From Mytilus californianus (lineage: Eukaryota): a stretch of 64,000 bases of DNA. The position numbers and the translations under genes are program-made. The notes under the pieces are model-generated. The model searched no databases, was not told where the DNA came from, and worked only from the letters and a program-made list of their open reading frames with translations. The stretch is from contig NW_026262604.1 of NCBI RefSeq assembly GCF_021869535.1, positions 6,262,001-6,326,000 of the forward strand, read 5' to 3'. Positions 1 to 12,574 of the stretch are shown here, piece by piece (within the stretch, counting starts at the first letter, position 1; the number at the start of each line of letters is the position of its first letter).

Positions 1-2668
1 AAACGTGAGAAAAACATTAAATGTATGGTAGAATATATATCGCTAAAACGTTTTCTAATATATTTTCTAAAATATTTGCATAATATAATTAAAATGTTGT
101 AAAGAAATATCATGATAATGTGAAAAACAATGGCGTATAAAACATTTTGATAATCTTTTAAAAAATATTTTCTAGAAATATTTTCTGAACGTTTGAAAAA
201 CATCATGAACATCAAATAATGTTATAAAAATGTTTTTTGGATGTTTTCTTGCAAGTGAGACTGCCTAAAAAATGTTTTCAAAATGTTTTAAGAAGATGTT
301 TTTGGTTGATATCAAGATCATATCAATATAAAAATGTCTGTACTTTTGATTGAATAAATCAGTTGTTTTGCTAAGCATATGAAATTCACAATTCAAAGTC
401 TCTAAAAACAAGAAGTATCTACAAATTTTGACACATCCAAAATGGCAGACACAACTCATCATGGTCAAGCCACTTACCAAATATGAAGTCATTCTGTTCA
501 TCAGCATTACTAATTAAAGTAATGAAAAATGTGAGAAAATTCAACATTTTGAAATACAATGTATATAAAGCAAACAGGAAACAGGTGCCAGATACAAAAA
601 TGTTCACACATCACAGTTCATCACTTTCAAGCAGCTCATTAAATATGAACTCATCTTTATCAGCAGTTTTGGGAAAAACAGTGATGAAAATATTTGTTGG
701 ACAAAATCCCACAAATAAAGGTGAACAGACGACAGACAGTGCAAGAAAGCCCATTATTCCAACCACAATGGTATAATGTTTAGTTTTTCACTCTCAACTT
801 TTATTACCTATCTTATACACATCATGCATATGTCAACCTGAACATGCATGACATATATGCCATTGGACATTATGCAAACATTATACACATTTTTAAGTTC
901 AAGTTACATTGACTAAAACTTGTGTCCCAAATTCAGATTTTTCAATACAACTTCTCTTTCTAAACTAAAACGCTACACTTCTAATAGGGTTACATCTTAA
1001 GTCAATAATCATTGATAATTGGCTAAAGAGATGAGAACAAAACACCATTTTACATCAACTATTTGATTTATTTAAGAATACATTGAAAAAGTCAATCAAT
1101 TGTCTTATTCAAAATCACTTGGAATGTCTTGTAGTGTCTTATATCTTTTTCTTGCTGTGCCATGCTTCTGAAAAAAAAATTAATCTTACATTCATATATA
1201 ATTTCTTGCACATTCCTTTATTATAGAACGATTCACGTTGCCTGAAGGATATACATCCCCTCCCCTTTAAAGTTTTGAAACAAATAACGATGATAGTCTG
1301 TCGGAAGGGGACGATAAATGGCTGACCGTGTTAAGAGAGAGCAATATGCCACGCTGAACTTCATTTAGTTATTAAAAAAAAACACATAAAAAACTTTAGA
1401 CTAGATATGTGTCCAGTCAAGAGTCTTATTTCATTATACTCGTTGATTGTTGTCTATCATAATTTTTTCTTTTATTGTTCTGTATAAATCAGGCTGTTGT
1501 TTTTCTTGTTTTTTTTTAGTTTTCATTAAATGCATTGTATATAATGTAGGGGCCTTTAAAAGCCCTGCTACATAATGTCATTAAACATCTTATTGTCCTT
1601 TTTGCATGTTTTGAGTGATAAACTCTGTAGAGTGACATAGTTTATAACTTGTCATTTGTATCTAAGGGTATATGATACAGTCCTAGAAGTATACTATAGG
1701 CACATAATAACTTATCGAAGTGTTACGCATTGTTTTCGCAATGATGATAATAATATAACTTAACTTCCGAGAAACACACAGATGTCATTAAATGAGTTGT
1801 TTATATGTATTTGAAATACTTCAAAGGAAAGCAAATATGTTGTTTATGAAAGCACACTGTTGGACTAAAAGATTGATTTAAATAAACAACTTGTTTCTAT
1901 TTTGTCACAAAAAAAATAATTAATTCAAATATCCAGATATCTTTTCTGTATTGTATGCCCTTAATCTTGAATGTAATGCATTGTTTATGCTAAATATTTG
2001 AATTGAATATGGAATAACAGTAATTCTGTATAAAAATCTTACTTCAAAAAAAAATTCTACTGAAAGGTTGTAGACATTCCAAAGAACCTGCGCCACTTCC
2101 AAATTGTAAACCTGCATATTGAACTTGTCCTTTGTGGCTTTCCTTTTAGCTCCTGTTAAAAAATAAAAGATACATTGTATGTACATTGTGTGTATGAAGC
2201 AATAAATATAATTTTAAGCAACAGTTAATATTACAGTTACATTATCTTGCTTGTACTGAAGTCTTACATAGTCTTTTTAATGTTCATTAAGCTGTTAAGG
2301 GAAATTTAATTTACTGTTTTGCAAATACATACATACACTGATTTTACTAGAAAAAAAATCTCCATATTCAAATGGTGCTTATATTAGTGTTATTGTAACT
2401 TGTTTGTGTGCCTCGGAAACAAGGTATTGAGTCATGCTTATTGCAATAGTTGTTGTTGGTTTAAGTCTGTCAAATTTCTTTTTCATAATGTGTATTTAAT
2501 GTAGGCAGTTAGTTGTTTTGTTTCAATTGTGTTGAGAAAAATTTAACATTTGTTTGTCAAGGCTTCAAAGTGGACTATATGGCATTGGTTTTCTCTGTTT
2601 TGAAAGCCGTACAGTGACCTATAATTTCTTTTATCCAAGTCATTTAAATTCTGGTGGATAACTGTCTC

Positions 2669-3214
2669 ATACACCTTATCGCTATTTCAGTATTTGGAAA
2701 TCTGTCCCGCTTGAACTTTTTACGTCAGCATACGTCATACAATAATACACCTTATCGCTATTCCTGCTTGACCCGAGAATCTATCCTGCTTGAACATTTG
2801 ACGTCAAACAACAATCACTTTTCCATTGTGGCATCAGATATTTTTTATGATGACGTCAAAATTTTAAGGGAACTTGTGACAGTTGTGTGATGTCCAGTAA
2901 TGGTGGACAAATAGCAATAAGGTGTATTACTTTCAATTGTGGTGTCAAATATTTTCTAATATGACGTCAACATTTTACGGGAACTTTTGTGATGTCCATG
3001 GCCAGTAATGGCGGACTAATAGCGATAAGGTGTATTGGCAATACACCTTATCGCTATTCCCGCTTGACCCGAGAATCTGTCCCACTTGAACTTTTGACGT
3101 CATACAACAATCACTTTTCCATTGTGGCGTCAGATATTTTCTATTATGACGTCAAAATTTTACGGGAACTTTTGTGATGTCCAGTAATGGCGGACAAATA
3201 GCGATAAGGTGTAT
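2669..3214. mobile_element. Cluster of four (two complete, two truncated) copies of a ~175-bp MITE with AT flanks
   Basis: TIRs (AT)ACACCTTATCGCTATT...AATAGCGATAAGGTGT(AT). Complete copies 2745-2927 and 3041-3214; partial copies 2669-2744 and 2929-3035. Confidence 0.85.
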
Positions 3215-3929
3215 CAAACTGTGACAAACACACAAGCCACATATCTTTATAATTTTTTTTTATCAATGAACAAATTCATAATTGGTGTACGTAGACTATT
3301 TACAAGTATCACTCCAAACGTTTGCTTGCCTTGGGCAGGGGCCCCCCTTTTTTCAAAACCTTGATCCGCACCTCCAGAAACAGATGTAATTTGGTTCCGA
3401 TTATGATTGAACACACACAATGAATGCACAAATTTCATCTTAACAGATTAATCATTCTTACCAAGTGAGTATATATATCGCGTAACAAACAATTTTCTTG
3501 GCTCTCTTTGTTGATATCCTGTCTTCGTTTCGAAATTCAAATTTCAAATTCATTTCCGGTGATAAAACAAAAGTCGATTCCGGAAAAGGTCGGTTTTCCG
3601 TAAATCATATAAACGATACGAAAATTGAACTTAGTACAGTTACAGTTTTCATTTCTTAATTTCTAAAATATACACGAACAAAATGAATAAACATTAAAGA
3701 AAGGTGATTGTTTATTAATACATTATTGCTTAATTTAATGTTGACTCTTTTGAATTTTAATATAAGAAGGAATAAAATCTGACTTCAAGGATCTTCAACT
3801 GAGATATCAATTGAGGATTTCAACCATAGTGTCTTGCTTGTCATCAGAGACATATATATGTCTCTGTTGTCATGATATTGATGAAATGTAGTACTATATC
3901 TTATCCTGAAAAAAAAACGAGCTAATTCC

Positions 3930-4476
3930 ACAAAACGTTGTTTGTGGGGTTTTGAATAAAGTTTAAATAAAATGTTATTTTTATATCCGTAAAATGTTGA
4001 ATATTAAGTAATGTGTATGTCAGAATATTTTATAGAAAACATTTAGCTGATATTTTTCAGATGTTTTATGTAAAACATTTTAATTTTACGTTATAAAACA
4101 TTTTATGCAAATAGCAAAACTATATTTTCTGTAAAACATTTTTTTGCAGAATGTTTTTTGGATATTTGGAAAATATTTACTTTAAATGTTGTTAAAATAT
4201 AAAATACCAATTGAAGAAAATATTATTTTTTTGTATTATAAAATATCTACGTGATATTTTAGAACAATGTTTGAGAACATGAATAAAAGATATTAGCAAA
4301 TAATATTTTGTTAATGTTGTAAAAACATTTTACTTAAATGTTAGAAATAAAACATTTCAAAAACAATAAAATAAAAATTTTTTTTTATGTTTAAATGATA
4401 TCTTATTGAAATATTTTGCGAGAGACGTCCATATGACATTTAAAAAATGTTTTTAAAATGTTGTGTGTTTGCTGGG
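3930..4476. mobile_element. Right end of a non-autonomous DNA element rich in AAAACATTT/AAATGTTTT motifs
   Basis: Ends in GTGTTTGCTGGG followed by TA. Many AAAACATTT/AAATGTTTT half-palindromes; positions 1-310 have similar composition. Confidence 0.45.
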
Positions 4477-4929
4477 TAGTTCATATTGTATTTTTCAAAA
4501 TATCAAATTATGAATTCCTCCTCCTACATGTATTTATATTCTTGCTGTGAATCGTGGTATTTCATAAACATTCGTAATAAGGTTATTGACATATCGGTTA
4601 TTTTATGTTTGACCGAAATTGTTATCCCATTCTATGCGTCATGCCTACTTGATTCTTCCTGTATGTACTTTTTTCATTTGATTCTTCTCTTCACTAAACA
4701 CTATATATAATGGACCCCATAATGATTTGATAAACATATATTAAATGATAAGGACACCGTCCATATAACTTGTACTAATGTAAAAGATAACCTATATAAT
4801 AGTTTTTTTAAGGGTCCCTGACTCATTCTTGATTTTTGATCCTTCCAACGTTCACATTTCACTATTAACCTATATATTTTCTGTTTTGTCCTACATTATC
4901 AACTTTCACTGATATTTCACTTAGTCAAC

Positions 4930-5175
4930 ACATGGACACCTACCTTAGCCTGTATTGCCTAATACATGAACATGCTTACACCATATGGACACCTGAATAC
5001 ATATGGACACCTGACATTCTAGACTGTATTGCCTAATACATCCCTTACCTTACATCATATGGACGCCTTGACTAGCCTGTATTGCCTAATACATGAACAT
5101 GCTTACACCATATGGACACCTGGACACCTACCTTATTGCCTAATACCTTACAGTATTGCTTAATACACATGGACC
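4930..5175. repeat. Degenerate minisatellite downstream of ZNF-A
   Basis: Shuffled copies of CATATGGACACCT and TGTATTGCCTAATAC modules. Confidence 0.75.
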
Positions 5176-5199
5176 CCCAACTTACCCCTTATGTAGTTA

Positions 5200-5345
5200 T
5201 ATATACAAAGTATGAAGGATCCAAGTCTTCTACCTTCTGAAATATTACGTTTTAAGAAGTTTGTTAACGCCGGAGTGGGCGTCGTCGCCAGATCACTATC
5301 ACTTTGTTGAGCTTTCTGCGACAGAAGTTGCAGACTCGACAAAAA
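5200..5345 (-). mobile_element. 5' fragment of HINE (same family as 56150-57356)
   Basis: Reverse complement reads TTTTTGTCGAGTCTGCAACTTCTGTCGCAGAAAGCTCAACA..., matching the start of the 56150 element. Confidence 0.75.
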
Positions 5346-5405
5346 TGTTTAGATGTGGCATAAGTTCTTTCTCAGCATTTTTTCATGCATCATATCCTAC
5401 ATGTC

Positions 5406-6518
5406 CTAATGTGGTTTATTACATATATGTGTCTGTGAATTCATAAACTGACTAAATCCTCTTCCACATACATCACAGTTAAAAGGTTTATCACCAGTGA
5501 GTATTCTCATATGGGTCCTTATGATATGTACACTACTAAATCCTTTACCACATACATCACATTTATAAGGTTTATCACCAGTGTGTATTCTCATGTGTAT
5601 CTGTAAGCTATGACTATTAGGGTAAGTTTTACTGCATTCGTCACATTTATACTTTTTGTCACCAGTATGCAAAGTACTGTGTCTCTGTAAGCTACCACTA
5701 TGACTAAACCTTTTACCACATACATCACATTTATAAGGTTTATCACCGGTGTGTGTTCTCATATGGGTCCTCATGCTCTGTACAGAACTAAATTCTCTCT
5801 CACATGAATCACATTTAAAAGGTTTATTACCAGTGTGTATTGTCGTGTGTCTCTGTAAACCACTTAATTGCATAAAAACTTTTTCACATAAATCACATTT
5901 ATAAGGTTTATCTCCAGTATGAGTTCTCGTGTGTGTTTGTAAATTACCATTCTGCCTAAACTCTTTACCACATACATCACACTGATATGGTTTATCATCT
6001 GTATGAAATTTCATGTGTTGCAATAAGCTACATTTTTTACTAAACTCTTTACCACACACTTTACATTTATAAGGTGTATAACCAGTGTGTGTTCTCATGT
6101 GTCTCTGTAAATTACCATTCTGCCTAAACTCTTTACCACATAAATCACATTTAAAAGGTTTATCACCAGTATGCAATTTCATGTGTTGCAATAAGTTAAA
6201 ACTTTGACTACACTCTTTACCACAAACTTTACATTTATAAGGTGTATAACCAGTGTGTGATAGGATGTGTCTTTTTAAACCATGATTTGTACTCAGCCTC
6301 TTATTACATATATCACATTGAAATATGTTGAAAGTCTTTTTATCAATATGTGATCTCATATGCGCCTTCAGCTTTGTACCATTACTGCAACGTTTACCAC
6401 ACACTTCACATTCATAGTCGTTTTCGCCAGCATTTAAGATGAAGTGTTCCTTTGACTTGTCTGTTGTCTTAACAAGGGAGATGATCATGGAATCAGCTGT
6501 ATTTTCGTTGTTAGACAT
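5406..6518 (-). CDS. C2H2 zinc-finger protein ZNF-A (10 intact + 2 degenerate fingers), probable start MSNNE at 6518
   Basis: ORF 5406..6659 has tandem CxxC-x12-HxxxH units with TGDKP/TGYTP linkers. A splice acceptor (TTTTTATTCATCAG) at 6577-6576 makes the in-frame ATG at 6518 the likely start, and that start matches the MSNNE start of ZNF-D. Confidence 0.9.
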   Translation of the reverse strand: MSNNENTADSMIISLVKTTDKSKEHFILNAGENDYECEVCGKRCSNGTKLKAHMRSHIDKKTFNIFQCDICNKRLSTNHGLKRHILSHTGYTPYKCKVCGKECSQSFNLLQHMKLHTGDKPFKCDLCGKEFRQNGNLQRHMRTHTGYTPYKCKVCGKEFSKKCSLLQHMKFHTDDKPYQCDVCGKEFRQNGNLQTHTRTHTGDKPYKCDLCEKVFMQLSGLQRHTTIHTGNKPFKCDSCEREFSSVQSMRTHMRTHTGDKPYKCDVCGKRFSHSGSLQRHSTLHTGDKKYKCDECSKTYPNSHSLQIHMRIHTGDKPYKCDVCGKGFSSVHIIRTHMRILTGDKPFNCDVCGRGFSQFMNSQTHICNKPH

Positions 6519-6734
6519 TTTATTTGTATTTGTTCTTTCTCGTCCACTTCTTACATTCCCTGAGTGCACTGGAGTCTGATGAATAAAAAACACATTTAAC
6601 ATAGCTGTATATATATCGATGTATGTGGTTTTTATAATTACATAAAAATCAGCAACCAATCACATACACATGGAGTTTACAGAAAAGAGATTAGGGCCAA
6701 ACGATCACACAAGATGTCAGAGTGACAGCAAACC

Positions 6735-7020
6735 GGATTTTCTTGCAGAGGTCGAACCCTGAGCAGTTGAGCAAGTATGGACACTACATTTAAGCTTAAA
6801 ACAGCTCTGAATTTGGATTGTTATCGCATATTTGAGTATAGGTTTGTGACACAAAATGAATGTGGTCAAAGAACTGAAATATTTGAAATTGGACATTTAT
6901 CTATTATAATCCAAAATCTAAGTACATTGATAAAATCAGCATATCAAATAACCCCAAGAATTCAATTTTTGATGAAATCAAACAAGTCAAAATTGAACCA
7001 CAAAATGTTGAATAATCTTC
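6735..7020 (-). mobile_element. Decayed HINE-like fragment related to 17048-18037
   Basis: Shares ACCCTGA..AGTTG..GCAA..ATGGACAC...CTGAATTTGGATTGT...GTCAAAGAAC with 17070-17210. Confidence 0.55.
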
Positions 7021-7920
7021 TATTCCTGGCTCTGTAATACATTTATCCAACTGTTTGTGTCATTCATGTGCACATGTTTGTGATCAGTTTTTTCCATAGA
7101 TTTGATTTTCAACAGTTAAAATAGTAAAATATAGTTCCTTTTTTGTGTAACCATGGCAACATTTTGCATTTATTTACCATAAAATATTGCAAAAGGAGGA
7201 TGAAAATGTCACATATTCCCCACAAATTTAGTTCAAACTACAATTTCCCTAAAATTTAGAATATTTTATGGAAAACAACCCATCCTGATGTATAAAAAGT
7301 ACTTTAATTAAATTTCTATCAAAATAAATCAATAATTGCAATTGTATTCAACACATACAAGAGTTTAAGTATTCTTTTCCTCATAAAATTAAAACATAAA
7401 AAAATCTTATCTTGGTGGTTTAGAAATAACTAGTTACAAATAACACTGAATTATTTTTTATCAAATGAAGAAAAAATTATCATTTTAAACAATGCAAACA
7501 ACATTTTATAGTGTATTTTCTCTCATATACTTTTGATTTCTAATGATAAACAGCATATAATGAAGAACGTAAAATACAAAAATCTAATGGCTGTCAATAA
7601 TTTCCATTAAAATGAAGAAATGATTGCATTCTTATTCAAATAAAACGAAAGTTTATGTATATTTAAAAGAAAGTCTGCGTTTATCACTGACTCATAAGTA
7701 ATGTGGAGTTCGTTTTTAAAAAATAAGAGTTTTAATATATATGTATCCGTCCAATCGGTGTATATATATTTAATTTCGCTGTCAAAGTAACTCTCACATA
7801 GCTTATTTGACGTATTTAACAAATTCTATGGTTCATCGATCACAGATCTGTCATAGGTCAGTAAAAACTTCCATCACTGATCAGTCATCGATCAGTCAAG
7901 TTCACATCAAACAGTAACGC

Positions 7921-8082
7921 CAGTGGTCGATCCAGAAATGTTCATAAAAGGGGGGGGCACTGACTACTTAAGAGGTGACCCGCTCCCGTCATGCTTCAGT
8001 GGTTCCCTAAATAATCAACCAGATTTTTCCCAAAAAAGAGGGTTGCCCGGGTCCCCTGAAAAACCCTCTTAATCCGCCTCTG
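7921..8082. mobile_element. MITE with CAGTGG(C)GGATCC termini and 5-bp TSD
   Basis: Imperfect TIRs; AACGC flanks both ends; internal CATGCTTCAGTG..CCCTA.ATAATCAACC core. Confidence 0.8.
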
Positions 8083-8448
8083 AACGCCTCATGTACATGA
8101 CATATTTAACATTGAACTGAGCAAGCTTTTCATAGCAGCAACTCATAGTGTTCTAAGAACCATTCTATACATTTCGCAGGAAAAAAATTTTGTATAAAAA
8201 GAGTGTAATAACAGAATCAAATCTAAAATTGACGAAAAGAATATAGCAGTAAACGGATATTATGATCCTAAAACTGTTAATAAGACGTTCCATAGAAACA
8301 TAAATTTTCTATACATTGTTTCAAAAAACATATCTTAATTACATGAAAAGTGTCTCAGATTTTATTTAAAACAAACAACAACGTCTTCCAAATATTTACA
8401 TCAACACTGATAAACGATATTGATCGATCTGATATCAGCGAGTGTAGG

Positions 8449-8532
8449 TAGCAGCGAAAACGTAGCTCTTAAGGTCCTTTTGATGATTTTGATATTTATT
8501 CAAAGGACAATAGAGCTACGTTTTCGCAGCTA
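8449..8532. mobile_element. 84-bp mini-MITE with TAG...CTA ends and 10-bp TSD
   Basis: TIRs TAGCAGCGAAAACGTAGCTCT / AGAGCTACGTTTTCGCAGCTA (1 mismatch); CGAGTGTAGG directly repeated at 8439-8448 and 8533-8542. Confidence 0.85.
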
Positions 8533-8887
8533 CGAGTGTAGGTCACTAGGTGTCGGTCGATTTTATCTCAGGATTTTATTTTTTTTTATCTGAATACGTA
8601 GTGCACATTTCCTTAGTACAAATTTGTTATTTGCGGTGAAGTTTTTATATAAAGTTTGAAATTATTATATAAAGTAACAGTGCTTACTTACAATTTTATT
8701 GTCGATTCGTGACTGTGTGTATACATCAAAATAATACAGGTAAGAAATCAAAGGGCGATAACCACGAATGAAGTATTACAAGTAATGGCTTTTCTAAAAA
8801 TCTTGCTGTGTTACTCTGCAAAACTGTATTGGGGTAAAACATCAAGTATGATATAGGGCCATTTAGTTGCAGGATACTGGTAGATTT

Positions 8888-9006
8888 CAGTGGCGGATCA
8901 ATGGGAGGGGCCCCCTTTTTTGACGATCAATGCATTCAAATGAGAACATATAGTTAGAACCCCCCTTTTTTCTTTATTGTTGTTTAAATGGCTGGATCCG
9001 CCCCTG
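8888..9006. mobile_element. MITE with CAGTGGCGGATC termini and 5-bp TSD
   Basis: CAGTGGCGGATC...GATCCGCCCCTG; GATTT on both sides. Confidence 0.8.
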
Positions 9007-10146
9007 GATTTAGTAGTTTCTAAATCTATGGCTAATTTTCTGCAAATGGAGGAGCCGACAGTCAGTAAGTATCTGACAAAGTACTAGCTCAAATGAAATT
9101 GACGTAAAAAGACTTCAAAGGTATTAGAAGTCTAAGATAGAGCTTTCTAAATATCAAGAAAGATTGTTTGGTAGAATAGTATTGGATAGTTGGCGTAAAA
9201 ATTCTGCAGTTTACGGAATTTGCAAAGTATAAACATTACGAACCAACATAAAATCCGGCATAATTTTACCGTTTATTTACTAGTATTTGTTACGTTATAT
9301 AGTTCACCATTTTCACGGAAAATTACTCAGAATCTGGGACTATTATACTATATTAGTATAATAGTCCCAGGCAGAATCAAAATCTTCCATATAGATTTGG
9401 AGGAAACAATAGAGCTGACATAGATTTATGATTTGTATGGCGTTTGAGACGTTAAATTTTGCCATATATTTGAAATTTGCCATAGATCTGGAACCCACCC
9501 AAGTTTGAATCCTACATATATTTGCCTTTTTAATTGTAATTTCCCATATTATGGGAACATAAGAAAATAGTTTGTCAACATTGGAAGTAACTTATTCTAT
9601 AGATGGGAGCAATTTGTCTTCCCATTTGAACAATTTTTCTTTCCATGGGAACATTTTTTTCTTCCTTAAAGATCACATTTTCTTCCCATTGGAACATATA
9701 ATTTACGATGGGAACATTTTTTTTCATTTTGACTGGTTTTTCTCCTAGAAAAATGTAATGGAGGCCGTGGCCGTCTTTAACTTTTTGAAACTTTAAGCAA
9801 TTGTCTTCAACTTCCGTGTGTGATTTGGACATTCCCTTTTTTCTAGACACGCGGATGAAGCTATTTTAAAAAGGGTGTCTCAAACCCCCGGAACACTATG
9901 AAACGCTTATACAATTAAAATAATAATAATAAAAATAAAAATCGTAAAGAAAGCGAGTTCTTCCTAACGGACACCCCACAACGAATTTCTTTTGATGAAT
10001 TTTCCTCTGAGTTCTGTATTTTTGTGATTTTCGTTCTTACCACCATCTACAATTAACAATCATTCAGTTTCGAACGTTTATCACCACCATATGCATACAA
10101 TTTACAAACATCAAGTTTCGAACATATCAGTATTACATTTGTAAAA

Positions 10147-10973
10147 TTAGCAAACATCAAGTTTCAGACGCTTTTCATTATCATGTGTTTTTATGCGTCT
10201 TTGTAAGTTATAATCTGTAGGAAATCCTTTGCCACAAATACTACAGTGTCGAAGATTTCCAGAATGTCTTTTCGAATGAGTTCGTAGGTTACTTTTCCTA
10301 TTAAACTGTTTGTCACATATACATCACATGTATGCATACCATCACCAGTGTGTAATTTCATGTGCATCCTTAGAGTATCTTTACTACACAACCCTTGACC
10401 ACACACATCACACTTATAAGGTTTGTCATCATTATGTGTATGAGTTCTTATGTGTCTCTCCAAGGTATGTGTATGACCAAATTCTTTACCACATGCTCTG
10501 CACGTGTACGGTTTATTACCATTGTGTGTTCTCATATGCTTCTTTACGTATTTTTTTCAGTCTGAAACTTTGATCACATAAATGACATTGATACGGTTTC
10601 TCACCCGTATGTAATGTCAAGTGTCTCTTTAGATCATCTTTTCGACTAAAACTATTACCACACTTTTCACATTTATAAGGTTTATCATCAGACGAGTATG
10701 TGTTTTCATATGTCTTTTCATTGCTTGATTTTTTCGCTGAATATTTTACCACAGATCACATTGATGCGGTTTTTCTCCAGTATGTGTTCTCATGTGTGTT
10801 TTTAAGAAAAACGAATACTTGAACCGCTTTTCACAAAACTCACACTTATGAGTTTTCTCATCACTGTGTTTTCTCATGTGTTTCTGTAAGAAGTAGGAAT
10901 CATGAAACCGTTTACAAAACACATTACACTGTCTAGCTTTGTGATTTCTTATATGTTTCTGAAACTGTAGTTT
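10147..10973 (-). pseudogene. Frameshifted partial duplicate of the C-terminal half of ZNF-B
   Basis: Colinear with 14577-15428. The reading frame is split across ORFs 10191-10535 and 10516-10752 (peptides such as CGQGLCSKDTLRMHMKLH and [14 protein letters not shown]). Homology stops abruptly at 10973. Confidence 0.9.
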
Positions 10974-11503
10974 TGCCGAGCGGAGCGAGTCGAAAAATAT
11001 TTTGGATTTTTTTTTTTTTTTGCTAAAAACATAAATTAATTGTGAAATGCACTATTCAATACAATATTAGCAGATTACGATAGTTTTTTTTAAGGGGGCG
11101 TACGCCCATTACGCCCTCACCTGGACCCGCCCCTGTAAAGTGACCTAAAGTCCTACCATATGATGACATAAAATATGAAAACTTCCACTCTCTTTACTGT
11201 TTTGGAATTGCAGAATTCATCTAGTTTCAAAGTGTAAATAAACAAAGGGTGATTACCGAGCATTATTACCTATGGAGTGCCAACTATGGCACAACTGGAT
11301 ATGTGCGGGTACGGGTACGTCAAGTCGGCACATGGTCAGTTCGGCACCTGCTCAAATCGGCATCTTTTCAAATCGGCACTAATGTTTTCTTTCAGTAAAA
11401 AGCATAAAACAGAAGAAAATAACACATGTAGGTAAATTTTGTTTATTTAATTTTATCTAAAGTATGCAAATATATATGTTCTACCTTAGTGACACCTGGG
11501 ACT

Positions 11504-11681
11504 ATACATCTTATCGCTATTTGTCCGCTATAACTGGACATCACACAGCTAGGTTCCCGTAAAATTTTGACGTGATAATACAAAATATCTGACGCCACAA
11601 TGGAAAAGTGATTGTTGTACGACGCCAATAGTTCAAGCGGTACAGATTCTCGGGTCAAGCGGGAAAAGCGATAGGGTGTAT
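11504..11681. mobile_element. Copy of the AT-flanked ~175-bp MITE (inverted relative to 3041-3214)
   Basis: ATACATCTTATCGCTATT...AAAGCGATAGGGTGTAT; interior is the reverse complement of the 3041 copy. Confidence 0.85.
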
Positions 11682-12015
11682 TATCCCTTACCTCTGTATC
11701 TTCAACCCCCTTTCAGAGGAACCATACTCTAGTATGTAGAACTTGTGCTCTGCAATTTCTATGTACAGTGAACAATATGTTGCAGTGCTCGCTATATACA
11801 CAGTGACTGAAATCCTACCCATGCCACTCACACTTATATCAGTAAAAATCCTTTGTTTTATAATAAAAATGTTTCTGTGCTTATCATACGATGATTAAAA
11901 GTCAAGTCACTATAAAATTCCTTTCTTTATATATACACGTGTCTTATATGTCTATCTCTAGATTCGACTTCCGTGACATGATAAGACTACGACTATTGAA
12001 GTTATATTTTTATAT

Positions 12016-12218
12016 AGCGGATGTGGTCGAGTGGTCTAGAGCGCTGGACATAAGGTTAAGTGATTGGTGCTGTAGTATATCGAAGGTGTGAGTTCGATTC
12101 CCGCTGAGCAAATAAGGGACGGACAAAAAATTGTCAGCATAAAATCTAACTCTAACACTGTTGGGTGTAATTTTCAGACTTTAATACCGGGTTGGGTATA
12201 ATTTTCAGACTTATACTG
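12016..12218 (+). mobile_element. tRNA-derived SINE
   Basis: A-box TGGTCGAGTGG and B-box GAGTTCGATTCCC followed by a non-tRNA body; duplicated GTTGGGT.TAATTTTCAGAC tail. Confidence 0.75.
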
Positions 12219-12574
12219 GTTTCACATTTGTTTTCGGTTCCCCTGTTAAAACCATATGTATAGGTATGCTTTAAAAGTATAACTCATTTCTTTAAAATAT
12301 CAACAACATTATTCCATATTTACTTTGGTTTCACGGTAAAATGATAGAAGAATGAGTGCCTCTTCCTCATGACTTAAAAGCTATATTTTAAAGTATAAAG
12401 TGTACTAAAAGTTAAAAGTTCTTTGTGTGATATAATTTATGTATTGCTTAAAATTCTGTTAGCTATATATTTTTAAATATTTTTGATACAAGATCGCACA
12501 CTCTAACTGTCAGTATGATAGTCCAAGGTAACACATTTATTGGAATGTTTATATGTATATTGATTTTGTTTACC

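Noticed and set aside
419-776. Short ORFs with two similar peptide segments
   Set aside because: They reflect a diverged ~150-bp direct repeat of probable TE origin, with no domain similarity.
3780-3870. CUGAUGA near a hairpin on - (also 18290-18325 and 56123)
   Set aside because: Stems II and III and the GAAA core cannot be formed convincingly; not hammerheads.
6519-6659. N-terminal 47 aa of the 417-aa ORF
   Set aside because: It spans a clear splice acceptor and low-complexity intron-like DNA; the paralogue starts at MSNNE.
12016-12110. tRNA gene candidates at 12016 and 50074
   Set aside because: A/B boxes are present but there is no acceptor stem or cloverleaf, and both continue into SINE bodies.
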